Shown: positions 11,226-20,743 of the stretch, in pieces
Layout: every line of letters begins with the position of its first letter
How positions within the stretch are numbered: position 1 is the stretch's first letter
Origin: an uncultured Chloroflexia bacterium
GTDB taxonomy: Bacteria > Chloroflexota > Anaerolineae > CG2-30-64-16
Direction: 5' to 3'
Assembly: GCA_963810095.1 (NCBI GenBank)
Contig: CAWEMM010000014.1
Coordinates: 64,001-128,000, forward strand
DNA: 64,000 nucleotides
The notes under the pieces: generated by a model
Database searches by the model: none
Seen by the model: the letters and a program-made list of their open reading frames with translations, nothing else
Told to the model about the DNA's origin: nothing
Position numbers and translations under genes: made by a program

Positions 11226-12119
11226 TCACAGGCTCAATCGTTGAGCGTAGGTCTCCAGGAACTGTTTGCCCTGGACGAAACACCGCTCCAGGTTCGGCAT
11301 TTGCTCGAGGTCGACGGCATAGTAGCCGTCGAACCCCTGGCGCTTCAACGCGAGGAAGACTTCTTCCCAGTCGATCGTGCCCGTTCCGGGCAGGAAGTGC
11401 CGGTTCACCAGCCCGTCGTTATCGGCGACATGGACGTACCGGATGTGGCGGCCAAGTTTTTCGACGCTGAGCGGCAGCATTTCCTTCTGGGCGTGCTGGT
11501 GCGCCGTATCGAGGATGACGCCCAGGTTGTCGTCGCCGACGGCATCGAGCAGGCGCAGGAGCGCTTCGGTGTTAGAAGTGAGCTCTCCAACCCGGGGTTC
11601 GACCAGGAGCTGTACGCCATGCTCGCCTGCGATCTGCGTGCAGCGCTGCATGACCCGCACGTAGTGCTCCCAAAACCGGGGCCAACTGAACCCCGCAGGG
11701 ATGCGAATGCGGGGGGTCTGCCCGAAGACGATCTGTTCGGTCATCAACGTCCCGCTGACCACCTCGACCGGGGGAAAGTAGCTATCCACCCAGACGTTGG
11801 GCGAGCCCAGGTAGGCGGCAGTGCGGACGCCCTCCGTGAAGGCCGCGAGCGCCGGACCCGCAACAGCAGGATCTTCGCTGACGACCTCGGGCAGGATGAT
11901 GGCGAAGTTCGAGAGCTCGACGTTCGCGCGCTGCAAAGCATCGCGGAATGCGTCGCGATTGTCGATGACGGCGCGCAGGTTTTCAGGGCCGACTCCCTCG
12001 AGCTCGACGTACTTGAAGCCGAGCGATGCCATTTCGGGGATGGCCTTGAGCATATCTGGCAGGCGCGGGGGGAAGCCGTACTTCCCGATCGCGTACATCC
12101 AGCAGCAGACGATTTTCAT
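11226..12119 (-). CDS. Sugar-phosphate isomerase/epimerase family protein (AP_endonuc_2 TIM barrel)
   Basis: GFKYVELEG, LVEPRVGE, LDTAH, YVHVADNDG..NRHFLPGTGTIDW, YAVDLE. Confidence 0.8.
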   Translation of the reverse strand: MKIVCCWMYAIGKYGFPPRLPDMLKAIPEMASLGFKYVELEGVGPENLRAVIDNRDAFRDALQRANVELSNFAIILPEVVSEDPAVAGPALAAFTEGVRTAAYLGSPNVWVDSYFPPVEVVSGTLMTEQIVFGQTPRIRIPAGFSWPRFWEHYVRVMQRCTQIAGEHGVQLLVEPRVGELTSNTEALLRLLDAVGDDNLGVILDTAHQHAQKEMLPLSVEKLGRHIRYVHVADNDGLVNRHFLPGTGTIDWEEVFLALKRQGFDGYYAVDLEQMPNLERCFVQGKQFLETYAQRLSL

Positions 12120-12159
12120 CCTGGATTATCCTTCACTCGTGACCTTGCAGCTCCCGCGC

Positions 12160-13005
12160 TCAGCCGTTAATGATTGCTTCGGCCCCGCGAATCCACACGT
12201 GGTCGGGATCGTCGCTCCATGCGCCATAGACCCGTTTCATGCCGCACAGCGCCCAGATATAGACCAGTTGATAGCCTGCCGCAGCCACCAGCGGGTGGTA
12301 GCCACGGGGAATGGCCACTGCGTCGCCGTCTTCCACCACGTACACTTCGTCCAGCCTGTCGGCGATGCCCGCAGGCTCGTAGACCCGCTGGAACCCGTAG
12401 CCGCCGGCCGGCTTGAAAAGGTAGAAGTAGACTTCCTCGTAGATCGACTCGTTCGGCGGGTTCTCGACGTCGTGTTTGTGGGGTGGATAGGACGTCCAGT
12501 TGCCGGGCGGCACGAGCGTCTCGGCCATCATCAGCCGGCGAGTCGTCGCTTCGCCCGAGGCCAGGTTCACGCTGGTGCCCGGGCGGATGGTGCGTGACCA
12601 GTTCTTCGCGCCGGCACGGTTCTCGGGCAGGTCGTTTGGGCCGATCACCGCGACGGGCAGGCCCGGGTCGGCCGGCGTGAGCGAGACGGCCATGTCGAGC
12701 CCTGCCGTCAGCGCGGTGAAGCAGTAACGCGTGCCCGGCGGGAGGCAGACAAGGGTCGGACCGGCCGCAAAGGGGTTGCTGCGGCCGCCCAAATGATCGA
12801 AGGCTGGTCCACCTGCGATCTCGAGACGGCAAGCGCCAGAGATGATGTCGAAGACGGCCTCGCGGGGACCGGTGTCGCCTTCCAGCGGGCGTTCGGGAAG
12901 GACGCCGGCGCGGCCGAACTCGAGCATCTTCAAGATGCCGTCGCCGGGACCGGCGATCTTGACGTACCCTTCGCGGAACCCCGCACCCTTTACGAGTAGA
13001 TTCAT
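12160..13005 (-). CDS. iolB: 5-deoxy-glucuronate isomerase (KduI/IolB family)
   Basis: GNWTSYPPHKHD, EEVYFY, GYGFQRVY, GDAVAIPRGYHP are IolB signature motifs. Confidence 0.88.
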   Translation of the reverse strand: MNLLVKGAGFREGYVKIAGPGDGILKMLEFGRAGVLPERPLEGDTGPREAVFDIISGACRLEIAGGPAFDHLGGRSNPFAAGPTLVCLPPGTRYCFTALTAGLDMAVSLTPADPGLPVAVIGPNDLPENRAGAKNWSRTIRPGTSVNLASGEATTRRLMMAETLVPPGNWTSYPPHKHDVENPPNESIYEEVYFYLFKPAGGYGFQRVYEPAGIADRLDEVYVVEDGDAVAIPRGYHPLVAAAGYQLVYIWALCGMKRVYGAWSDDPDHVWIRGAEAIING

Positions 13006-13052
13006 GCTGTGTCTCTCTCCGTCGAATGAGCCACGCGCGGCCGCCCGTGTCG

Positions 13053-14051
13053 TCAGGGAGCGCTTGCGCGCACGATGAGTTCGGGTTGCACCAGCAGCCG
13101 GCTGCAGCCGCCCGAGCTCCCGTCAAGCTGGTCGAGCAGCAGGCGCAGCGCAGCGGCGCCAATGGCCAACCGGTCGGTATGCAGCGTGGTCAGCGCGGGT
13201 GTGACCAGCCTTGCCAGCAGGATGTCATCCGCACCCGTGACCGCTACATCGTCGGGCACCCGCACCCCCATCTCGGCGCAGGCCCGCAGCGCGCCGATGG
13301 CTACGAGGTCATTGTAGCAGGCCAGCGCGTCGATCCCGGGCTCCCGGGTGAGTAGCGTTCGCGCCGCAGAGTAGCCGCCTTCGACGTCGGGACGCTCGCA
13401 GCGCACGGACAGCGCGGGCGCAGGCGCCTCGCCAGCGGCCGTCATGGCGTTCAGGTATCCACGCTCTCGCTCGCGGCTGCTGTGGGAAATCTGGGGACCG
13501 GCGAGCAGGCCGAGGCGGCGGCGGCCGGAGCCGAGCAAGTGCCTGACCACGCATGCCGCGCCCCATTCGTCATCGACACAGACGTTGCTGGTGCCTTCGA
13601 TGGTACGGTTGACCATGACGACCGCGTTATGCCGGCTGACCAGCTCGGCAAGCAACGGCTCGGGCAGGCGCGAACTGCACAGAAGCACCCCATCCACGGC
13701 GCGCTGTTCGAGGGTTCGCAGCAAATCGCCCTCGCGGTTCGGGTCTTCGATTGAATTGCACAGCAGGACGCTGTAGCCCGCGGTTTGGGCCGCATCGTCG
13801 GCGCCCCGGCTGATGTCTGCGAAAAATGGATTGGCGATATCCGGAACGATCAAGCCGACCGTTCGAGTGTGGCGGGTGGCGAGGCCCCTTGCAATGCTGC
13901 TCGGGCGGTAATCCAACCGGACAATGACGCCGAGCACGCGCTCGCGCGTTTCGCTGCTGATCTCGCCCTTGCCGTTGAGCGCGCGTGAAACCGTCTGGCG
14001 AGACACGCCTGCCTCACGGGCTACATCAGCAATGGAGACGCGAAACGACAT
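13053..14051 (-). CDS. LacI family transcriptional regulator (left paralog)
   Basis: HTH SIADVAREAGVSRQTVSRALN, YRPSSIARGL, NPFF, YNDLVAIGA, VPDDVAVTGADD, PALTT. Confidence 0.95.
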   Translation of the reverse strand: MSFRVSIADVAREAGVSRQTVSRALNGKGEISSETRERVLGVIVRLDYRPSSIARGLATRHTRTVGLIVPDIANPFFADISRGADDAAQTAGYSVLLCNSIEDPNREGDLLRTLEQRAVDGVLLCSSRLPEPLLAELVSRHNAVVMVNRTIEGTSNVCVDDEWGAACVVRHLLGSGRRRLGLLAGPQISHSSRERERGYLNAMTAAGEAPAPALSVRCERPDVEGGYSAARTLLTREPGIDALACYNDLVAIGALRACAEMGVRVPDDVAVTGADDILLARLVTPALTTLHTDRLAIGAAALRLLLDQLDGSSGGCSRLLVQPELIVRASAP

Positions 14052-14092
14052 CCTTGTGCCTCGCCGGGAAGTTGGTTGAAGGGAGGAAACGA

Positions 14093-14110
14093 GCCGTTAC
14101 CGCTCACGGC
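14093..14110. promoter_or_regulatory. LacI-type operator 1
   Basis: GCCGTTACCGCTCACGGC: imperfect 18-bp palindrome with central CG, just downstream of the leftward promoter. An extra half-site GCTCACGGC follows at 14114-14122. Confidence 0.75.
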
Positions 14111-14124
14111 ATCGCTCACGGCGC

Positions 14125-14154
14125 ATTATACGCAGAAACCTTCACCCGTGTCAA
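14125..14154 (-). promoter_or_regulatory. sigma70-type promoter of the left arm
   Basis: Minus strand TTGACA (14154-14149), 18-bp spacer, TATAAT (14130-14125); both hexamers are consensus. Confidence 0.8.
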
Positions 14155-14203
14155 GAGCGAAGAAGAGCGCCATTCCGGTCGCGGCGAGCGAGGGTGTCGG
14201 GTC

Positions 14204-14233
14204 TTGACGTCCCATGTAAGCTGCGCTTATAAT
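14204..14233 (+). promoter_or_regulatory. sigma70-type promoter of the right arm
   Basis: TTGACG (14204-14209), 18-bp spacer, TATAAT (14228-14233). Confidence 0.8.
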
Positions 14234-14240
14234 CGGCGCA

Positions 14241-14264
14241 GTTGCCGTTAGCGTTCACGGCAAC
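14241..14264. promoter_or_regulatory. LacI-type operator 2
   Basis: GTT-GCCGTTAGCGTTCACGGC-AAC: same palindrome family as operator 1, just downstream of the rightward promoter. Confidence 0.75.
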
Positions 14265-14290
14265 GCTAACGTGAGCCCCGAGGAGGCGCC

Positions 14291-15331
14291 GTGATGATGA
14301 GCAGGCGGGTGAACATCGAAGATGTCGCCCGTGAAGCAGGTGTGTCGGCCCAAACGGTGTCGCGCGCGCTCAACAACAAGGGCGAGATCAGTCCGGAGAC
14401 ACGGGATCGCGTCCTGCGCACCGTCGACCGCCTCGGCTACCGGCCCAATACCCTCGCGCGCGGGCTCGTGACGCAAAAGACCTCGACCTTGGGCCTCGTC
14501 GTGCCCGACATCGCCAATCCGTTCTTCTCGGAAGTTGCCCGGGGCGCGGAAGATGTGGCGCAGAAGGAAGGTTACAGCCTGCTCCTGTGCAACGCGATGG
14601 AGAGCCCCGCGCGCGAGCTGGAAGCCCTGCGGACGCTGGAGGCTCAGCGCGTAGACGGCATTGTCTTGTGCAGTTCGCGCCTCTCGGACGACGAGCTGTC
14701 CGGGCTTCTCACTCGGCTGCCGGCCGTGGTGCTGGTGAACCGGCAGGCGACGAGCGGCAGCCTGCGGTCCGCGTGCATCGACGACGAGGCGGGCGCATAC
14801 CAGGCCACGCGTCACCTGCTCGACTCGGGACACCGCGCCATCGCCTTTCTTGCCGGACCCAGCACGTCACACAGCGGGCGGCGGCGCGCGCTGGGTTATC
14901 GCCGTGCCATGTCAGGGGCCGGGCTGGCGGTCGATCCGGAGTTGGTCGTGGAATGTACGCCCCAGCTCGAAGGCGGGTACGGGGGGGTCCTGCAGGTTCT
15001 TGCCACCCGGCCGGCTGTCGACGCATTCCTGTGCTACAACGACCTTGTCGCGGTCGGGGCACTGCAGGCGTGCGCGGCGTGCGAGCGCCGGGTGCCTGAC
15101 GACGTTGCCATCGTAGGGTGCGACGACATCCTGCTTGCGGCGCTCGTCACGCCGCCGCTGACGACCGTGCGCAGCGACCGCCGGGCATTGGGTGCGGAGG
15201 CTGTACAGCTGCTGCTGCGGTCCCTGGAAGGGTGCACGGAGGGCTGCGATAACGTGCTGCTGCAGCCTGAGTTGGTCGTGCGGGCGAGTGCGCCGGCACA
15301 CGCCGCGGCGCCTGTCGCGCTAAGGGCCTGA
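14291..15331 (+). CDS. LacI family transcriptional regulator (right paralog)
   Basis: HTH NIEDVAREAGVSAQTVSRALN, YRPNTLARGL, YNDLVAVGA, VPDDVAIVGCDD; GAGGAGG RBS. Confidence 0.95.
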   Translation: MMMSRRVNIEDVAREAGVSAQTVSRALNNKGEISPETRDRVLRTVDRLGYRPNTLARGLVTQKTSTLGLVVPDIANPFFSEVARGAEDVAQKEGYSLLLCNAMESPARELEALRTLEAQRVDGIVLCSSRLSDDELSGLLTRLPAVVLVNRQATSGSLRSACIDDEAGAYQATRHLLDSGHRAIAFLAGPSTSHSGRRRALGYRRAMSGAGLAVDPELVVECTPQLEGGYGGVLQVLATRPAVDAFLCYNDLVAVGALQACAACERRVPDDVAIVGCDDILLAALVTPPLTTVRSDRRALGAEAVQLLLRSLEGCTEGCDNVLLQPELVVRASAPAHAAAPVALRA

Positions 15332-15352
15332 GAAGGCAAGAACGGGGGCTTT

Positions 15353-16381
15353 ATGGATCCCTGGAGTCGCTTCAAAGTGGTCGCGAACGGCGGGACGGCC
15401 GACCAGACGCCCTTGGCCCTGATCGTCGATAGCCCGTGGCTGCCGGCCTACGCGGGCATCGACACCCTCGACTACTTCCTGCAGCCCGATCTCTGGATGC
15501 AGATCAACCTGGGCCTGCTCCAGCGCTTTCCCGACGTGGCCTGGGTGCCCGGTTTCTGGGTCGAGTACGGCATGGCCGTCGAGCCGTCCGCGTTCGGCGC
15601 CCGGGTGGTCTGGCATCACGACTCGCCGCCCTCGATCGAGCCCTTGCCGGGCGGGCTGGATGCGCTGGCGGCCATGCACGCGCCCGACCCCGGGGAGCAC
15701 GGCCTGATGCCCCTGGTCCTGCAGTTATATGCCGACCGGCAGCGGCGGCTGAAAGCGGAGGGCCTCGCGATCCGAATGGTTGCGGCCCGTGGGCCGCATG
15801 CGCTTGCGGGTTGGCTGCTGGGCATCACCGAGTTCATGGTTAGCCTCAAGCGCCAGCCGGAATTGGCCGCCAAGGTGCTCGATATGCTAACCGGCGCGGT
15901 CATTTCGTGGCTGCGCGCCCAGGCGGACGCCGTAGGCGGGGTCGAAGGCATCCTGCTGCTCGACGACATCCCCGGCTTGCTCTCACCCAAGGTATTCGAT
16001 GCGCTGGCTGCGCCCTACCTGGCGCGCATCTTCGAAGCATTCGACGGGCTGATCCGGGTGTATCACAACGACACCCCGTGTCCGCACCTGCTGCCGCGGC
16101 TGGCCGGATTGCCCTTTGAGGTGTTCAACTTCAGCCACGAGACCAGCATTGCGGACGTACGAGCCGCGATGCCCCGGCAGGCCTTGATGGGCAACGTGCC
16201 GCCGCTGTCCGTGATGGCGCAAGGAACGCCGGACCAGGTGCAGCAATGGGCGCGGGCGTGCGTCGACCAGACCCAGGGGCGCGGCTTGATCCTCTCGGCG
16301 GGTGGCGGCGTAAGCCCCGGGACGCCGGCCGGCAACATCGACGCGTTAGTGGCCGCGGTCCGGGACGGCGTCCGACCCTAG
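15353..16381 (+). CDS. URO-D/MtaA-CmuA-fold protein #2
   Basis: EPSAFGA, ARGP, LLDDIPGLLSP..F, YHND, LMGNVPP, GTPDQV, LILSAGGGVSPGTPAGNI. Confidence 0.8.
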   Translation: MDPWSRFKVVANGGTADQTPLALIVDSPWLPAYAGIDTLDYFLQPDLWMQINLGLLQRFPDVAWVPGFWVEYGMAVEPSAFGARVVWHHDSPPSIEPLPGGLDALAAMHAPDPGEHGLMPLVLQLYADRQRRLKAEGLAIRMVAARGPHALAGWLLGITEFMVSLKRQPELAAKVLDMLTGAVISWLRAQADAVGGVEGILLLDDIPGLLSPKVFDALAAPYLARIFEAFDGLIRVYHNDTPCPHLLPRLAGLPFEVFNFSHETSIADVRAAMPRQALMGNVPPLSVMAQGTPDQVQQWARACVDQTQGRGLILSAGGGVSPGTPAGNIDALVAAVRDGVRP

Positions 16382-16475
16382 CGGGTGTGGCGGGGGGGCC
16401 GGCCTCCGAAGTGCGCCGCGCTTGCGGCGAGAACCCCGAGTTCCCAGTCGTTGACTTATCCTGAGGAAGCAACAC

Positions 16476-17964
16476 ATGACAAGCACTCTTCACGAGATTG
16501 CCGAGATCGATCTCCCGCTGTATCCGAACTCGCTGGTCGAGGACGGCGAAGCGACCTACTACCTGTCGTGGACATCGGAGGGAAAGCGGCTGGTGGTCTT
16601 AGCGCCCGCCGGGAATCCTGTCCTCCGGTCGTTTGCCGGCGAGGCAGCCCAGCGCGGCACGAAGACTCTGCTCGTCTGCCCGCTCACTCACGAGAACGCG
16701 GTCGCGCTGCGGGCTGCACTCCCCTGGCTTAACCCCGCTCCGCTCGGGCTGCGTGGGTCCGCGGGTTGCGGCGACCGGATGGGCCTTGCCACGCCCGGCC
16801 ATATCCGCGCCGCGCGCGCGGTGGGCGGCACGGTGGGGATGATCTACGCGCAGCAGTCGATTCGCGAGATGACCCGCACGAACCGCACTCCGGACGATGT
16901 AATGGACGACGCGACGTGGGGCGTCTTTCAGGAGGGCTGGCGACAGGGCATGGGCGCGGATGCCGACCACCTGAAGACGACTGGCGACGTCGATATATGC
17001 GTCGCGGCGGGCTTCACCTTCTTCACCTTCGATCCGGGCGCCCACGTCGACTCTGCGGCAGACACGGACGGTGCGGGAACCATCCGCGCCAAGTACGAGG
17101 GGCTGCCGTGGCCTGACCTCGCGACCACTGCCCGTGATCTGCAGGCGGCATACGTGGGCAAGCACATCGACGTGGAAGACCGCACGCTCGTCCTTGACGA
17201 ACAGATGCTGCAGCGGGCCGCGGTCAAGTACGGCCGGGCCGTCGCACACGTGGCGGCGCTCTATCAGTCATCTCATTTCGCTCCGGCCCGCGGAGTCTGT
17301 CGAGCTGGAGGTGTCGGTCGACGAAACGGACACCCCCACCACGCACGAAGAGCACCTCTTCATCGCGCGCGAGCTGCGCCGCCTGGGCGTGCGCTGGGTC
17401 AGCCTTGCGCCGCGTTACGTCGGCAGCTTCGAGAAGGGCGTCGACTACATCGGCGACGTCGAGACGTTCGAACACGACTTCGCCGGCCATGCGGCCATCG
17501 CGCGTGCCCTCGGCCCCTACAAGCTCAGCCTGCACACCGGGTCGGACAAGTTCCGCATCTACGGCGTTGCCGCACAGCACGCCCGCGGGCTCATCCACCT
17601 GAAGACGGCCGGCACAAGCTACCTGGAAGCCCTGCGCGTGACTGCGTCGCTGGACCCCGCGCTCTTCCGGGAGATCCTGGCGCTGGCTATCGAGCGCTGG
17701 GAAATCGATCAGGCCAGTTATCACGTCTCCGCACAGCTCGCGAAGGTGCCGCGGCCCGAGGCGCTGCGCGACGACGATCTACCCGGCCTCCTCGAACAGT
17801 TCGATGCCCGGCAGGTCCTGCACATCGCGTTCGGCTCGGTTCTATCGTCGCCCGGCTTAAAGACCCGGCTCTTCGCCGCCCTGGCCCAGAATGAAGAGAT
17901 GTACTACGACGCGCTCGAGCGCCATTTTGTCCGCCACCTATCCCCGATCGTAGGAGCAGCCTGA
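16476..17964 (+). CDS. uxaE: Tagaturonate/fructuronate epimerase UxaE (frameshift near 17270)
   Basis: GCGDRMGLATPGH, AQQSIREMTRT, GADADHLK, FTFDP, then EVSVDET, SLAPRYVGSFEKGVDY, KLSLHTGSDKF, HLKTAGTSYLEALR. Split over ORFs 16476-17894 and 17071-17964. Confidence 0.9.
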
Positions 17965-18413
17965 TGCGTTACGTCTTCAGTACGACCGACACGACCGTCT
18001 ATCGTTTCCCCACGCACGTGAATGAGTTGGTCCTCGACCGGTCGGAGTCGACGGTGACCGAGGTCTTCATCGTCGTGCTGGAGCCGGGCGAGGCGCCGCC
18101 GCTGCACAAGCATCCCGACACCGAGCAGGTGTTTTACATGCTGCAAGGCGAAGGCGAACTGCGGGTGGGCGAGGGGGGCGCGGAGAGCCACCGGGTGAAG
18201 CCGGGCGACCTGGTGCGCATCCCGCCTGACACGTGGCACAAGATCGTCAACGACGGGAACCTCGATATCCGCTATGTGAGCGTAGATGCGTTCCCGGGCC
18301 AGCGGCCCGCGGCCGAACCGACGTGGGACGACCACGTGCGTGCGAACTGCGCGGCCAACGGCTGGGACTTCGACAGCGTCAAGCGCGCCCGCACGACGGG
18401 GCCGGCGGCATGA
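17964..18413 (+). CDS. Cupin domain protein
   Basis: PLHKHPDTEQVFYMLQGEG and PGDLVRIPPDTWH (cupin motifs 1 and 2); translationally coupled on both sides. Confidence 0.85.
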   Translation: MRYVFSTTDTTVYRFPTHVNELVLDRSESTVTEVFIVVLEPGEAPPLHKHPDTEQVFYMLQGEGELRVGEGGAESHRVKPGDLVRIPPDTWHKIVNDGNLDIRYVSVDAFPGQRPAAEPTWDDHVRANCAANGWDFDSVKRARTTGPAA

Positions 18414-19600
18414 ACGGCCGAGAACGCATCCTGGCTGCCTTTAACGGAGGCGACGCGGATTTCGTCCCCTTCGCACCGAACATCTACCTGTGGTTCTACT
18501 ACCACCGCTACCACGGGACGCTGCCCGCCGAGTTGGACGGGGCGCAGCATCCGCTCGACGCGCTGCGCCGGCTTGGCGCCGACATCCTCGCGCGCTGGGA
18601 CACCCAATGGGCCGTCAAAGAGGTGTACCAGGCGGGCGAGTACCGCTCGGAGTTCGTGGACCAGGGACACGTGCCGCCCTCGGCGCTGCCCCCGGGCGTG
18701 CCCACGACCACGTCGTTCAACATCTATCCGCCCGGTGCGAACGAGCACCGCAAACAGTTCGTCACCCCCTACGGCACGCTGAGCCAAACCTGGGCGTTCA
18801 CCGCCGAGAGCGCCGCGGACTTCGAAGCCAAGTACTGGTGGACGGACTGGGACGAGTACAGGGCGATCCGGTTCATGCTCGAGGCGCGCGAGTACGATTT
18901 CGACGCCGAGCTGTTTCGACATTGGATGAGGCAGGTGGGCGACGACGGCGTCGTCATGTGTCACATCACCCAGTCACCGCTTAAGATGCTGCACTGGTTG
19001 GCCGGGCCACAGAACGCCACCTACTTCATCGTCGACCACCCGCAAGAGACCCGCGAGTTGGCGCAGATACACGAGGAGAAGGCCCTCGCGCTGCTCGAGC
19101 AGGTGGTCGACTTGCCCGAGACGGAGATTTTCTTCTCGGGCGACAACCTCGACAGCATGTTTTATCCCCCGAAGTTCTACCGCGACTACTGCGACAGCTT
19201 TTTCACCCGCGCTGCCGAGATCATCCATCGCCGCGGGAAGCGGTTCGTCGTCCACGCGTGCGGGCGCAACCATAAGCTGCTGCCGCTGGTCGGCGCGTCG
19301 GGCGTCGACTGCCTCGAGGGAATCACGCCCGCGCCGCTCGGCGACGTCCGCTTGGGCGACGCCCGGCGGCTGTCGGGCAAGGCGGATTTCACCGTGAACG
19401 GCGGCATGGACTCACCGCACCTGGAGCTGCGCGAGGATGCAGAACGGGCGCTGCACCAGTACACCGGCGAGCTGTTTGCGAGCATGGGCGACATGCGACA
19501 CTTCATCTACGCCTCAAGTTGCATGACCTCACCGCTGACACCGTGGGAGAACCTGGTGACCCTGCGCGATGCGGCGCGTGAGTGCGGAAGGCTGGGCTAA
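18410..19600 (+). CDS. URO-D/MtaA-CmuA-fold protein #3
   Basis: Start MNGRERILAAF at 18410 (ATGA overlap). TPYGTL, GDDGVV, SPL, GDNLD, VHACG, LEGITPAPLGDV, GGMD, IYASSC, TPWENL. Confidence 0.8.
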   Translation: MNGRERILAAFNGGDADFVPFAPNIYLWFYYHRYHGTLPAELDGAQHPLDALRRLGADILARWDTQWAVKEVYQAGEYRSEFVDQGHVPPSALPPGVPTTTSFNIYPPGANEHRKQFVTPYGTLSQTWAFTAESAADFEAKYWWTDWDEYRAIRFMLEAREYDFDAELFRHWMRQVGDDGVVMCHITQSPLKMLHWLAGPQNATYFIVDHPQETRELAQIHEEKALALLEQVVDLPETEIFFSGDNLDSMFYPPKFYRDYCDSFFTRAAEIIHRRGKRFVVHACGRNHKLLPLVGASGVDCLEGITPAPLGDVRLGDARRLSGKADFTVNGGMDSPHLELREDAERALHQYTGELFASMGDMRHFIYASSCMTSPLTPWENLVTLRDAARECGRLG

Positions 19601-19602
19601 GA

Positions 19603-20724
19603 ATGTCACCTGTCACCTTCGACACGAGCGGACGCGACGCGCAGGCCATGCCGGTGACGCCGGTGGCGCCTGACAAGTTCGATTTTGCCCGGTACGAGGC
19701 CCACGCGGCCGAGGCCGACGAGCGCTACTCGGCCTTCCTGCGCCAGCCTGAGGGCGTCGCAGTCTGGCAGCGGGTGCGGGTGGGTGAGGTCTTCGGCCCG
19801 GGCTGCCGCGATATGGCGGCATCGCTCCGTTGGCAGCTGGGCGGGCTGACGAAGGCGCTCGAGTACCTGACGGACGCGCCGAATTACCTCGAACCGTGGT
19901 ATGGCATTGGCGTCACTGCGGGCGCGTTTGGGGCCGTGTACGAATGGCCCGAGGGGCAGGCGCCGGTCGCCCGGCCCCAGTACCGCACGGTGCAGGACGT
20001 GCCCGAGTTGGTCGCCCGGCAGGGCGAGATCATGCAGCACGTGCTCCGCATGATCGACACCTTCCTCGAAGAGACGGGCGGCCGCCTGCCCATGTCCTGG
20101 TCCGACATCCAGAACCCGCTCAACACGGCCACCGAGCTTGTCGACACATCCGGCTTCTTCCAGGGGTTCATCGACGCGCCCGACGCGGTGCGGAGCATCC
20201 TCGCTGCGCTGTCCGACGAGCTGATTCGGTTCACAGAAGAGCAGAGCCGCCGCATCGGTGACTGCCTGGTTCGCCCGGGCCATGGGTTCGCCAGTGCCCG
20301 CACGGGCAGGGGCATTGGGCTGAGCACCGACAACCTGGTGATGATATCGCCGCGGGCCTACCGGCAGTTCTGCGCAGAAAACGATGCAAAGATCGGCGCG
20401 GCGTTCGGTGGCACGGCCATACATTCGTGCGGCGACTGGGCGCGCTGGATCGACGCGGTGAAGACGGATCCGCAGCTCTTCATGGTCGACGCGGCATTCA
20501 CCCCCCGAACGGACCCGAACTACAACGACCCGGCCGCGTTCCGGCAAGCGTTCGCAGGGACCGGCGTCATCGTCCACGCCCGCATGGTGGGCGATCCGGA
20601 CGAGGTGCTGGCCCGCGTGCGCGAGCTGTGGGCGCCCGGGATGCGGCTGATCGTGGTGACTTACGAGCAAGACGCGGCCGCGCAGCACAGGCTCTACGAC
20701 GACATCCATGCGCTGTGCAGCTGA
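19603..20724 (+). CDS. URO-D/MtaA-CmuA-fold protein #4
   Basis: YLEPWYGIG..AGAFG, SDIQNPLNTA, DNLVMISP..Y..F, IHSCG. Confidence 0.7.
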   Translation: MSPVTFDTSGRDAQAMPVTPVAPDKFDFARYEAHAAEADERYSAFLRQPEGVAVWQRVRVGEVFGPGCRDMAASLRWQLGGLTKALEYLTDAPNYLEPWYGIGVTAGAFGAVYEWPEGQAPVARPQYRTVQDVPELVARQGEIMQHVLRMIDTFLEETGGRLPMSWSDIQNPLNTATELVDTSGFFQGFIDAPDAVRSILAALSDELIRFTEEQSRRIGDCLVRPGHGFASARTGRGIGLSTDNLVMISPRAYRQFCAENDAKIGAAFGGTAIHSCGDWARWIDAVKTDPQLFMVDAAFTPRTDPNYNDPAAFRQAFAGTGVIVHARMVGDPDEVLARVRELWAPGMRLIVVTYEQDAAAQHRLYDDIHALCS

Positions 20725-20743
20725 GCGAACGGAGAGGCCAAGC

